From a phage, in NCBI GenBank assembly GCA_026683435.1, contig GCA_026683435.1_4866.1: 64,000 nt of DNA, one strand, 5' to 3'. Position numbers and translations under genes: made by a program. Each line of letters opens with the position of its first letter. Within the stretch, counting starts at the first letter, position 1. Shown here piece by piece: positions 37,289-46,341 of this stretch. Below the pieces are notes generated by a model, which was given only the letters and a program-made list of their open reading frames with translations, was not told the DNA's origin and did not search any database.

Positions 37289-37912
37289 CTAACCTGCCAG
37301 AATACGTTCAACGATACGCGCGGCTTGTAACGCTATATCGTCGTCAGCCGTAACACGCATCAGCGGGAACTTATCGCCGCCATCTGTGGTGATGTGGAAA
37401 GCAAAACGGTAATGGTCGCGTAAGGCGTCCCAATCGGTCTGTGAGCGCAGATACTTCGCTGTCAGTACCTCATCATCCCAGTTCTTACCTTGTGCCTCTA
37501 CGCGCTTCTTAAAGCGTTCTGTGGCGGTTTCGTAAGATACATCGGTTGCCACGTAAAGCTTTGGTGCGTTAATGTGGTCTAATACCCGCGAACGGAAAAC
37601 TTCCCCTTTACCATCGACGCCCTGGTAGACAATAGTCGATTGACAAAAACGGTCAAAAATAACGACATCGTGCTCTGGTACAACGAGGTCCATCGTGTAT
37701 TGGAAATCCAGACACATCGCTTTAGCAATGCGTTCGTTAGAAGCGTGCTGGATAACCAGAGAACGTGCACTAATACCGGCTTCAGTGGTATTCGTCGGGT
37801 GATTGACGATGATGACATTAACGCCAGCGGAGCGCAACATCGCTTGAATCATTTTCGCGAGTGTTGATTTGCCAGAAAAATCTGGACCATCCAGCGCCAC
37901 TGAGTTTAACAT
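37289..37912 (-). CDS. tmk: thymidylate (dTMP) kinase-like P-loop kinase
   Basis: Walker A DGPDFSGKST; DRFCQSTIVYQG matches the Tmk DR...ST.AYQG block; track start 37954 is GTG, first ATG at 37912. Confidence 0.65.
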   Translation of the reverse strand: MLNSVALDGPDFSGKSTLAKMIQAMLRSAGVNVIIVNHPTNTTEAGISARSLVIQHASNERIAKAMCLDFQYTMDLVVPEHDVVIFDRFCQSTIVYQGVDGKGEVFRSRVLDHINAPKLYVATDVSYETATERFKKRVEAQGKNWDDEVLTAKYLRSQTDWDALRDHYRFAFHITTDGGDKFPLMRVTADDDIALQAARIVERILAG

Positions 37913-37973
37913 TTTATTCTTCCCCAAAAGTTTAATTAATTGTAGTGGTGTCACAATATAGCGAGCATACGTA

Positions 37974-38009
37974 AAGAAAAAAAATAATAGGCACTCCGAA
38001 GAGTGCCTA
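37974..38009 (-). terminator. hairpin terminator after gene 38016..38780
   Basis: aggcactc-cgaa-gagtgcct preceded (plus) by an A-run. Confidence 0.7.
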
Positions 38010-38015
38010 GCTTAC

Positions 38016-38780
38016 TTAGAAGTCAACTCGCGTTTTCGATTTTTCCTCAATGCCTTCTGGCCATGAATCAATCCACGCTTGCAGCACCGCAGCTACACGG
38101 GGCTCAGCTAAGAACCTCTTCAATAACGGCCATGACTGGAGAGGATATAAAAACTTCAACGAAACTTGACCTGGGTCAAACTCATTCCGAACAGTAAACG
38201 GTAAACGGAAATCATAAGTTACCTGAACAACTGGCTCACTGAAAGGCTGGCCAAAGAAACTCAGGTTCCGAGTTACCGAAAGGACATGCCCTGCAAACTC
38301 ACCCCGAATCAGTTCGCTGCTCTTAACGGAGACAAACGAATAACCGTCGGTGTTCGGCTTACGCAGTCGTTCGGTTTTCATCACGTTAGCGAAGAAGTTA
38401 TCAATCACTTCTTCGACCAATACGTAATTCAGACACTCCCCACGCAACGCCTCGAGATTGTGTTGAGACCATGCATCCCATAGCGCCGGTTTTCTGGCAA
38501 TCAGCTTAAAGAACAGACGTGCAGAAACCGCCCGGAGTTCGCCGAGCATTTTCTTGGTCAGTTCAGTTTGATCCCAACTGGGGGCACAAAAGATTGTCCT
38601 TCCGCCGGAACCTACTAAGGTGGCACCGGTCACGCTGTTAATCAGTTTGTGACTTAACATGTGCGGAATACCTTTTGCCGTCAGGTCATTTTCGTCATAC
38701 GTGAATACGTAGCGATACTGACCATCTGCGGTAGGTACGGAAAGCCATTCTTTGGTTGCTGCTTTATTGAGTTTTGACAT
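38016..38780 (-). CDS. hypothetical protein (254 aa)
   Basis: ORF track; own promoter-like element (copy 5) and terminator. Confidence 0.6.
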   Translation of the reverse strand: MSKLNKAATKEWLSVPTADGQYRYVFTYDENDLTAKGIPHMLSHKLINSVTGATLVGSGGRTIFCAPSWDQTELTKKMLGELRAVSARLFFKLIARKPALWDAWSQHNLEALRGECLNYVLVEEVIDNFFANVMKTERLRKPNTDGYSFVSVKSSELIRGEFAGHVLSVTRNLSFFGQPFSEPVVQVTYDFRLPFTVRNEFDPGQVSLKFLYPLQSWPLLKRFLAEPRVAAVLQAWIDSWPEGIEEKSKTRVDF

Positions 38781-38876
38781 TTTGTTTACTCGCTTTTAAG
38801 TTTAAGTTGGTGAGTTTTAACCGACTCACAACGGCTTCTAGCATATGCTAAGGATGAAACGTAATTTTTGCACGTC

Positions 38877-38904
38877 TCCCTAAGATAACATCTATCCAAA
38901 AAAG
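38877..38904 (-). promoter_or_regulatory. promoter/operator-like element, copy 5
   Basis: Plus tccctaagataacatctatccaaaaaag. Confidence 0.45.
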
Positions 38905-38936
38905 AATAGAGTCGACCCACTCCCGAAGGAGTGGGT
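38898..38936 (-). terminator. hairpin terminator after gene 38942..39541
   Basis: cccactcc-cgaa-ggagtggg preceded (plus) by aaaaaagaatag. Confidence 0.7.
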
Positions 38937-38941
38937 ATAAC

Positions 38942-39541
38942 TCACTGATGATCAACTGTCGGTTCAGACCACTCTGGGACTGGCGGAAGCTTAATATCAG
39001 CTGCATACTCTGAAGGTACTGCAAGTGTGGTAAAGCCTCGACATGCTAAATAGTGCTGCATTCGTGCTGCCTGGTTTGGTGTATCAGTAATCACCAAATG
39101 GGTCTTACGCATAAGTGCGAGTACCGCCTGTCCTTCTTGCGGTGTAGGTGTACGTGGATGCTTACTGATAATGCTCATTAACCAGTCACGTGCAATACCG
39201 CCTACATTACAACTGGCCTCACGCAAATCAACCACACCTTCTCCCTCACCGACCACCTGTTTCGTGGAGTTAGGATAAAAGCGATACGGTGCACGACGAC
39301 GCTTACGACGTACTTCTGAAATAGCACGCCCGAGTATCATCTGTGCATGTTTAACGCTACAGCCTTCCACCGGTCTACGCATGTTCGTTACTAAACAGGC
39401 AATCTCTAGTACCTTACCGATTTGATAACGACGCTTAAAGCCATGACGACTTATGTCTACGTATTCTGGAAGATTGCCGTTTTTATTGATGTTTGCAACC
39501 GTAATCAAAAACAGCGAATCGAGAATCATCTCAGACATCAC
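38942..39541 (-). CDS. hypothetical protein (199 aa)
   Basis: ORF track. Confidence 0.6.
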   Translation of the reverse strand: MMSEMILDSLFLITVANINKNGNLPEYVDISRHGFKRRYQIGKVLEIACLVTNMRRPVEGCSVKHAQMILGRAISEVRRKRRRAPYRFYPNSTKQVVGEGEGVVDLREASCNVGGIARDWLMSIISKHPRTPTPQEGQAVLALMRKTHLVITDTPNQAARMQHYLACRGFTTLAVPSEYAADIKLPPVPEWSEPTVDHQ

Positions 39542-39550
39542 AGTCTCCCC

Positions 39551-39922
39551 TTAAAACCCCGCAACGACTGCAGCCATAAAGTCATGGACGACTTTACGTT
39601 GTTCTGCAAGCGGGTAGCCAAATTTAGTAATGTCGTGCATCCACCGAACTCGGTGGGTCCGACCATCGTGACTGAATGTGGAGCGCAGTACCAGGAAATA
39701 ATCCGCACTGACTCGAAAATGTAACGAGCAGCTGCCATGTTTGGCTCGCACGGTCAACTGAATACGCTTTACACCGCCGCCTAAATACTTAGCGTCGATG
39801 TCGACCTGGTCAACCTCCGGCACAGCCCGTAAGGCTTGCGCGACGTCTTCCAGGTCCCCGTTCTTGCTCACATTAGCGCCATGGAGCGCTGCGGTACAGA
39901 GTTGAAGCTCTCGATAGAACAT
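39551..39922 (-). CDS. hypothetical protein (123 aa)
   Basis: ORF track; overlaps next ORF by about 55 nt, start uncertain. Confidence 0.5.
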   Translation of the reverse strand: MFYRELQLCTAALHGANVSKNGDLEDVAQALRAVPEVDQVDIDAKYLGGGVKRIQLTVRAKHGSCSLHFRVSADYFLVLRSTFSHDGRTHRVRWMHDITKFGYPLAEQRKVVHDFMAAVVAGF

Positions 39923-40476
39923 CCTTCTAGTCTCCTGTCCCTCCCATAGTTCAAGGGATTTTTATAATACCAATCTTCATGCACAGGAGTCACGCGGATA
40001 TACCGGCTGTAAAACAACAAGTATTTGTAAAAGGTATCAATACTGACGTCTTTGTCCACTGATAAAAAGTAGTTTAAAGACGGGTCGTCTGGGAACGACA
40101 CAAAGATACCGGTGAAGTGCGCATCGGAATAGGGGCCATTAAACGGCGTCACTTCACACTTCAGGCAAGGTAAGCCAACCTGAAACGCGTTCTGTCCTGT
40201 CCAGTAGATTCCACGTGTGGTTGCATCGCGTGTTTTCCCATCGGGACGACAAACGATCCCTGCCATAAAACTGGAGCGTTGACTTGGGTCAGCCGCATTT
40301 AAGAACCGGATTATTCTGTCTACTGAAAAATATTTTAACGTGCCGGGCGGTAATTGCCAGAACTGTCCCATCGCACGTACCACCTTCCAACCAGGGCGAT
40401 TTCTTGCCCCGAAACGCTTTACACAAAAAGTATATCGCGAGCCAGTCTGATGTGGCACGCTGCGGACAGCCACCAT
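39868..40476 (-). CDS. hypothetical protein (202 aa)
   Basis: ORF track. Confidence 0.55.
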   Translation of the reverse strand: MVAVRSVPHQTGSRYTFCVKRFGARNRPGWKVVRAMGQFWQLPPGTLKYFSVDRIIRFLNAADPSQRSSFMAGIVCRPDGKTRDATTRGIYWTGQNAFQVGLPCLKCEVTPFNGPYSDAHFTGIFVSFPDDPSLNYFLSVDKDVSIDTFYKYLLFYSRYIRVTPVHEDWYYKNPLNYGRDRRLEGCSIESFNSVPQRSMALM

Positions 40477-40477
40477 G

Positions 40478-40954
40478 TTAAAGCTCCTTTACCATATCCT
40501 GGTATTCAGTTCGAAAACCGAAACGTTCATAAAACGCAATAGCACGGTCATTATTACCGAGCACGTTAAGCTGCATCCATGCGCAGCCTTTTGATTTGCC
40601 GTAATTTTCTACGGCTTCAATTAACTCATGACCGACGCCTTGAGAGCGAACTGATTCATCTACAAAAAAGTTATATACCCAGAGGAAACGTTGTCCCTTT
40701 TTGGTGTAGCCGAAGGTGATGAAACCAACAGCCACACCACGGTCATCAACGGCGCAAGCGCACAGCGTACCTTCACCCCAAACCTCCTCCAGTTTTGAGA
40801 TTTGATTAAACCCTTCACGACCGTTTAAGTCGGCGAGTTTTATTTTCTGATCGTCGTATAACTTGTTGTGTAGTCCTAACAAGTCGGCGTAGTATTTCTT
40901 TCCATACGGGGAGTTGGGCTTGGTGACAAAAACGATTTTCATCACACCCTCCAA
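40478..40954 (-). CDS. GNAT-family N-acetyltransferase (tandem paralog 1)
   Basis: Motif A RSQGVGHELIEAVENYGKSKGCAWMQLNVLGNNDRAIAFYERFGF; N-terminus MKIVFVTKPNSPYGKKY parallels the neighbouring paralog. Confidence 0.75.
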   Translation of the reverse strand: MEGVMKIVFVTKPNSPYGKKYYADLLGLHNKLYDDQKIKLADLNGREGFNQISKLEEVWGEGTLCACAVDDRGVAVGFITFGYTKKGQRFLWVYNFFVDESVRSQGVGHELIEAVENYGKSKGCAWMQLNVLGNNDRAIAFYERFGFRTEYQDMVKEL

Positions 40955-41436
40955 TACATCTGGTAAGCACCTACCTTAAAGCCAGCTTTGTCGTAGAGCG
41001 ACTTCGCGGCAGCGTTACCGGCGTTCACGGACAGGTGAACAACTGTACACCCTTTTTCCGTTGCGGATTTCTTTACCGCATCCATCAACGCGGTGCCGTA
41101 ACCTTTACCACGTGCGCTGCTGCTAACGACCAGTGAGGATACCGACATCATCGTCACACCCTCTTCAGTCATCGTGCGGTATTGCGCAAAGCCATACAAG
41201 ACACCGTCGTCCACGACCGCCAGTAAACGACCCCGGAAGCGCTCGGCTAACGATTTAGCCGGCGTAAAACGGACATTAATACCCGTCTCTTTTCGATAGC
41301 TTTCTATTTCGCTTTTGTCCAGCTCGTTATAAAGCGCGAGGATATCTGTGGAATATTTCCTGCCGTTAGCCGTGTCTGGCCCCACTATGGTAATAATCTT
41401 CATCAGTTCACCTCGGCCAGCGATTGCTTCGTCCAC
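40942..41436 (-). CDS. GNAT-family N-acetyltransferase (tandem paralog 2)
   Basis: SARGKGYGTALMDAVKKSATEKGCTVVHLSVNAGNAAAKSLYDKAGF; N-terminus MKIITIVGPDTANGRKY. Confidence 0.75.
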   Translation of the reverse strand: MDEAIAGRGELMKIITIVGPDTANGRKYSTDILALYNELDKSEIESYRKETGINVRFTPAKSLAERFRGRLLAVVDDGVLYGFAQYRTMTEEGVTMMSVSSLVVSSSARGKGYGTALMDAVKKSATEKGCTVVHLSVNAGNAAAKSLYDKAGFKVGAYQMYWRV

Positions 41437-42536
41437 TCCATTAGACCCTCCGCCACGCGTACCAGTGCCGTGGTGAATGCGTCTTCCATTGCCATTGCAT
41501 TGCGATAGCGCAGAGTAGCTTCCTTCAGCTCAGCCCCTTCCAGGTTCTTAAGCTCGGACTTCATCGCTTCCACTTCTTCGTAAATGCCGGTGTAACCCAC
41601 AACACGGTTCTTTGTTCCACGTGCAGCAATAGATTTGATAAGTGCTTCCACAGCCTCTATTGCTTTCCCACACTGATGCATATCCAGCGACTTAATGGTT
41701 TCACCATACTCACCGTCACGCGCAATTGCCCAACTGACCTTACCACTATGGTGCTCAACCACAACGATATTTCCAGGGACAGGAAAAGCTTCCACCTTTT
41801 TAAAGGGATCGATGATGCCAAGCAACCCAGCAGCACGCTTAACTGCCCAGTTCGTGGACTTGCTGATTTGTTTTAAGCCCGGCCCTTCGAATGCTTTGCT
41901 TTTCTTCAGAGCAGTGCGTGTGTAAACCGTGTACTTTTGCACGACGCCTTCGTACGCATTTGTTTGTTTAGAAAACTTAACACACGCTTCAAAATCGGGT
42001 CGATCTTCAAAGCAAATTTTAGACGTCCAGCTACTCGTGTGAACGTCGACCGCAGCGAGTGTTTTGTGGTCATCTAACAGCGACATTCGCGTTTTAAGCT
42101 TATTGAGCTTACGTTCCATGAAAGCAGCTTTCGAAGTTATTTCTTTCAAACGGTCGGCTTGTTCTTTCGCTAGCGCTTCCGCGAAATCGTAAAAGCGTAA
42201 TGCGAGCTTTTTCGAGAGTTTACCCGCGCCCTTTGCGGTTGCACCTAGTCCGGCACCCACTAACTTTCCAGTACCTTTAACAGCTTTCGCAGTAATGCGC
42301 CCTGCTGCGCGATGGATGCCAGCCCGCGGGTCAGTATCAGTCATAAACTGAGCACGCTCCATCGCTTCGCGCGATTCACGAGCAACCAACATATCTTCAC
42401 CGTCGTCGGTTAAGCACCAACGCTGACGAATCGCGCAAACCGCAGGGAAGTCGGGCTTAACTCCCAGACCTTCGAGTGCGACCAGGCGATCGTAGTCGTC
42501 AGTCAGGACTTCTAAATCTAAATCGAGCGTCGACAT
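41403..42536 (-). CDS. hypothetical protein (377 aa)
   Basis: ORF track. Confidence 0.6.
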   Translation of the reverse strand: MSTLDLDLEVLTDDYDRLVALEGLGVKPDFPAVCAIRQRWCLTDDGEDMLVARESREAMERAQFMTDTDPRAGIHRAAGRITAKAVKGTGKLVGAGLGATAKGAGKLSKKLALRFYDFAEALAKEQADRLKEITSKAAFMERKLNKLKTRMSLLDDHKTLAAVDVHTSSWTSKICFEDRPDFEACVKFSKQTNAYEGVVQKYTVYTRTALKKSKAFEGPGLKQISKSTNWAVKRAAGLLGIIDPFKKVEAFPVPGNIVVVEHHSGKVSWAIARDGEYGETIKSLDMHQCGKAIEAVEALIKSIAARGTKNRVVGYTGIYEEVEAMKSELKNLEGAELKEATLRYRNAMAMEDAFTTALVRVAEGLMEWTKQSLAEVN

Positions 42537-42546
42537 CCCCTGCTCC

Positions 42547-42819
42547 TTACATCTGCGTCAAAGTATAGTAGTAGTTGCGATGTGGCCATCGAACACACAA
42601 GGCAAATATCTCTCCCGTATCCGGCGTGGTGTAAACTGTCTGAATTGGGTCATTTTCTTGTGGTGCGACTTTCGAATCAAAACCGTGGCGTTCCAGGTAA
42701 TCGAAGAACTCATCCTCGGAGCCTGGGAACAAGCGAAGGCTAGTCACCTTCTTAATCGGTTTTGACGGCGTAGGGAAGAATGCTTCCCACAAACGACGAG
42801 CTAAACTGGTAGTTTGCAT
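42547..42819 (-). CDS. hypothetical protein (90 aa)
   Basis: ORF track. Confidence 0.5.
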   Translation of the reverse strand: MQTTSLARRLWEAFFPTPSKPIKKVTSLRLFPGSEDEFFDYLERHGFDSKVAPQENDPIQTVYTTPDTGEIFALCVRWPHRNYYYTLTQM

Positions 42820-42849
42820 AATAGCGACCTCTGATTAAAGGCAACGTGG

Positions 42850-43449
42850 TCATAATAAGCACAAGCTCTCAAGCCACAGATGTCCTTCAAGCGCATGGTG
42901 GTAACAAGGAATACCACACTGCTTAGCGTATTTCACGCCCATGGCAGTACCGCCGGTCGGATTACCTTGTTTATCTAAAGGCGCAGAGTAATAAACTGCG
43001 TCTACAGGCGTTGCTAAATCATCGCCCATAATTATATTCAGATTACGGCCATGAAGCGCCCAGGCGAACTCCTGGAGCTTTTCTGGCGCGGGATGAAGCT
43101 TACCTACTATCTCACGATAGCGGTCATCCTGAGGGATTACACGGAACTCTACGTTGGGATTCTGTTTCTTGAGCCAGAGCTTTTTCTCATCGGGTAGGTA
43201 ACAAATGAACTCATCATCCCACGCCACTTTCTTGCCGGTATCTTGGTCTATTGTATTCGCCCACTGTCGGGCAAATCGGAATTGCAATTGGTCTGGACCA
43301 CACCAGCAGCCGCCAGAAGAAAAATGAATCGTGTAATCTTTGGCGTGCAGCGCATTAAACCCACGTAACAATCGCATGTACATTTCAGACATGGTATCTT
43401 CATCAGTCTTCCGAGAACCGATTACCGCAATTTTATAAATCTTTTTCAT
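42850..43449 (-). CDS. DprA/SLOG-like Rossmann-fold protein (tentative)
   Basis: IAVIGSRKT...FSSGGCWCGPDQ resembles the DprA/SLOG GSR...SGG.G.D pattern. Confidence 0.35.
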   Translation of the reverse strand: MKKIYKIAVIGSRKTDEDTMSEMYMRLLRGFNALHAKDYTIHFSSGGCWCGPDQLQFRFARQWANTIDQDTGKKVAWDDEFICYLPDEKKLWLKKQNPNVEFRVIPQDDRYREIVGKLHPAPEKLQEFAWALHGRNLNIIMGDDLATPVDAVYYSAPLDKQGNPTGGTAMGVKYAKQCGIPCYHHALEGHLWLESLCLL

Positions 43450-43484
43450 GGACTTACCTCCTATACGGAGTGGACGATTCGTAA

Positions 43485-43527
43485 GAAAAAAATAAATACC
43501 TACCCTCGCTAAACGGGCGAGGGTAGT
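43485..43527 (-). terminator. hairpin terminator after gene 43531..44148
   Basis: taccctcgc...gcgagggta preceded (plus) by aaaaaaataaat. Confidence 0.6.
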
Positions 43528-43530
43528 GTC

Positions 43531-44148
43531 TTAAACAAACTCACGATAACGAAAACCGTTAAGCTTCGTGATAGTCACTTCTTCTAACAGCTTACGCCCC
43601 CAGAAACCAGCCAAGTCGTATTCCAGACCAGGCAGCGTTGTCTTGGTTAAGTCTTGGCCGATATGGTACGGTAGCGTAATGCGTGTGCGCGATTCGTAAA
43701 CAAATGATTCACATTCATAGACGAGGACGTATCGATCAGTCGGGATGTCGTACTCTACGTGGCATTGCGCGGGGTTTTCCCACGCCTTACTTACAACGAT
43801 GCCGCGTTCTGCACACGCCGATTCAAAACTGACCATTGCAGGTTCAGACCATACGCGCAAATCGGCCGGTTTACCTTTCGACAAATCAAACCATGTGAGA
43901 TGTTCAGGCTTCAACGTGATTATATCATTTAAGCTCAATTTGCGGTAACGCACAACCACATAGTCATCTGGCTTACTCTTATTAGTCAGCAAAGCACTTA
44001 CACGACCGTCCGGTTCCGGTGGACCATAACTCTCCACTCGGATACGTTCTGTGGTCAGGGGCGTATAAACGGTTTCAGCATTAAAAGCATTGACTAAATC
44101 GAGCAAGGTTTGACTATGATGGTGGTTAAAGTCAATAACAAAAGACAT
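43531..44148 (-). CDS. stand-alone N-module-like protein (205 aa; weaker match)
   Basis: ...DYVVVRYRKLSLNDIITL resembles module block 1; own terminator. Confidence 0.5.
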   Translation of the reverse strand: MSFVIDFNHHHSQTLLDLVNAFNAETVYTPLTTERIRVESYGPPEPDGRVSALLTNKSKPDDYVVVRYRKLSLNDIITLKPEHLTWFDLSKGKPADLRVWSEPAMVSFESACAERGIVVSKAWENPAQCHVEYDIPTDRYVLVYECESFVYESRTRITLPYHIGQDLTKTTLPGLEYDLAGFWGRKLLEEVTITKLNGFRYREFV

Positions 44149-44195
44149 GCCTCGCTCCTGGTATTTGATTAAGGGGGGTCATAATACTTCACAGG

Positions 44196-44231
44196 AAAAT
44201 AATAAACAGTATAGGGGCCGAAGCCCCTATA
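44196..44231 (-). terminator. hairpin terminator after gene 44240..44629
   Basis: ataggggc-cgaa-gcccctat preceded (plus) by aataataaacag. Confidence 0.65.
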
Positions 44232-44239
44232 CGCTGTGT

Positions 44240-44629
44240 TTAATAATCGTACAAAGGATACCGTGCGGAAATTTCTTTACCTACCCAAAAAGTTAACTGG
44301 TGGGTATTAACGCTGCGGTGTGTTCGTACTGACGGGACAATTGTCGCTTTAACTTTCGGCGAACACGTACCGGCATCTATTGGCTGGTACGTCTTGCGCT
44401 TTGTGTTAACGAGATAAAAGCCACCGCCCGGACACAGTTCAGAACGCCCGTAGTTGACCACGGCAAACTCACCCTTCTCCACTGTCACGACTGGTTCATC
44501 TTTGTCGCTAAATTTTACAGGTGCGTCAGTTTCCCACATCGGTTTATACTGCGGGAAGTCCTGAATGGTAAAGGCGTTTACTGGCGCAGTAACGCAGACT
44601 ATAAACACAGCTAATACAGCACGCATCAT
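44240..44629 (-). CDS. secreted/periplasmic protein with cleavable signal peptide (129 aa)
   Basis: MMRAVLAVFIVCVTAPVNA|FT: basic n-region, hydrophobic core, A-x-A-like cleavage site. Confidence 0.6.
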   Translation of the reverse strand: MMRAVLAVFIVCVTAPVNAFTIQDFPQYKPMWETDAPVKFSDKDEPVVTVEKGEFAVVNYGRSELCPGGGFYLVNTKRKTYQPIDAGTCSPKVKATIVPSVRTHRSVNTHQLTFWVGKEISARYPLYDY

Positions 44630-44631
44630 AT

Positions 44632-45108
44632 CTAGTCCTCTTCCAGATAGGGTAGAAGCCAGTCCATTTTCTCCAAACGGTGAATCATGTTGCGAGTGTT
44701 TGGCGATACCTGTAGGGCATCATGGAACTGTTTTTTGAAGTGATGCCAGTGATAAGAGAAAGGTTTTGTTGGATAGCCCGCTTCCTTGAGAACTTCTTCC
44801 CACTCCAACCTCTGGATAAGGTGCTCGTCGACCAAAACCTCAACTAAAGCCTTCCAGGCACTCCGACGAAAATGCCGGGACAACCGACGTTTTAAATCGG
44901 CATAACTTTTTCTTTTACTGGACCGTATTGCTGGTGATGTCTTACTGTGATGAAAAGAACGTCTCGTAAGATTCAGAATCTTAACAGGAGTGCCCCTAAG
45001 CGAACTGTCTGCAATATTCAGTTCATGCTGAGGAACAAGCTCCACACGGCGGATGACGTTTATACGGGTTCCATCCGTATCTCGTGTTTCGTAAGCAACA
45101 CGTATCAT
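44632..45108 (-). CDS. basic hypothetical protein (158 aa)
   Basis: ORF track; R/K-rich. Confidence 0.55.
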   Translation of the reverse strand: MIRVAYETRDTDGTRINVIRRVELVPQHELNIADSSLRGTPVKILNLTRRSFHHSKTSPAIRSSKRKSYADLKRRLSRHFRRSAWKALVEVLVDEHLIQRLEWEEVLKEAGYPTKPFSYHWHHFKKQFHDALQVSPNTRNMIHRLEKMDWLLPYLEED

Positions 45109-45125
45109 TATACACTCTCGCTCGT

Positions 45126-45611
45126 TTAGACGAAATGACCTTCTGCCATCGAAAGAAAAATGGGAACGCTTTCAGCGTAATGAGTTAAAAACTTTTCCTC
45201 CGGTGGCGTGTGTGACGAAATAACATTGTAGTTCGTCATACGAAAATACCGTTGGCCGTCAGCAGCAATATACCATCGGTCAATCTGGAAGCCTTGTTGG
45301 TGAAAGAATCCTAGCGCGGGAATGTTGGTCGGGTGAACACGACAGCTGATGTGTTTACGATCGGAGTTCTGCTGAAGATACTTAAGCATAAATCTGCCGA
45401 CACCGCCCCGCCGCGATTCTTCGGGCACTACCATATAGACCAAATGGCCAGGTTCCCATGCCATGATTCCCCGCACGATATCATCCTCAACAAACATCGT
45501 GAGTTTAATAGGCTCCTCGCGGATACTGTTTAAGTCGCGCACCCATTCAACCAGTTCAGGATAAACATTCGCGGGAATCTTATCCTCGACCACATTAATA
45601 ACAAGCATCAC
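45126..45611 (-). CDS. GNAT-family N-acetyltransferase
   Basis: Motif A VVPEESRRGGVGRFMLKYLQQ and ...ALGFFHQQGF. Confidence 0.65.
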   Translation of the reverse strand: MMLVINVVEDKIPANVYPELVEWVRDLNSIREEPIKLTMFVEDDIVRGIMAWEPGHLVYMVVPEESRRGGVGRFMLKYLQQNSDRKHISCRVHPTNIPALGFFHQQGFQIDRWYIAADGQRYFRMTNYNVISSHTPPEEKFLTHYAESVPIFLSMAEGHFV

Positions 45612-46246
45612 TTCTCTCCACTAAGCAGGTATCTGGCTTCTGCCAATGACAGGGACGGTTTTAACAGCATGTGTAGCGGCAGGATTGTTGAACGGTGAAA
45701 CTGTGCCGGTGTTTTTGCCAGGTGTTCCAGATAGCGATTGACCGACATTTCTTGCCAATCGATAGTAGGACGAACCCAACTTATCTGTAACCATTTCCCC
45801 AATGAGACGTCACGCTTACCGCGTGGCATAATTATACTTAACTTGTACCCGTGGTCAAACTGACGCGGCGGATGGCCTGGCTCCCAAGGAACTTCGGGAC
45901 CTAACGCATCTGCAAGAAACCCTTCTTTAATTAACACATTTCTGACGGCAGCGAATATCCGTCCACGTTGCGCGGTGATCTCTTTGACGTGTGCCATGGC
46001 ATTTAGTTTACGTTTGGTAATTGCAGCGGAAAGCGCGCTGACAAACTGCCCTTCAACATACGGGGCGTTTAAGCAGCTACGAAACGGCACTACGTAAAAC
46101 GCCTCCCACAATACTTCTTCGACTGCCGCCAATAACAACGCTTCTTTCTCAGCTGCAGTAAAATCCACAGACAGCATTTTGGTAAACGAACCTAATATAG
46201 CGCTAAACGGTAGTAGTACAGACCGTTGACGAAATTGTAATTGCAT
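45608..46246 (-). CDS. hypothetical protein (212 aa)
   Basis: ORF track; ATGA-type overlap with downstream GNAT gene. Confidence 0.6.
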   Translation of the reverse strand: MQLQFRQRSVLLPFSAILGSFTKMLSVDFTAAEKEALLLAAVEEVLWEAFYVVPFRSCLNAPYVEGQFVSALSAAITKRKLNAMAHVKEITAQRGRIFAAVRNVLIKEGFLADALGPEVPWEPGHPPRQFDHGYKLSIIMPRGKRDVSLGKWLQISWVRPTIDWQEMSVNRYLEHLAKTPAQFHRSTILPLHMLLKPSLSLAEARYLLSGEK

Positions 46247-46295
46247 TTTTATATTCCTTTTGGGCCGTGCTTACACAGTAATTTACGTAGACGTA

Positions 46296-46339
46296 ATAAA
46301 AAAATAAGAAGCCTCTTCTCCAGGAGGAGAAGAGGGCTT
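46296..46339 (-). terminator. hairpin terminator after gene 46342..46914
   Basis: agcctcttctcc-agga-ggagaagagggct (12-bp stem) preceded (plus) by aaaaaaataagaa. Confidence 0.7.
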
Positions 46340-46341
46340 AA

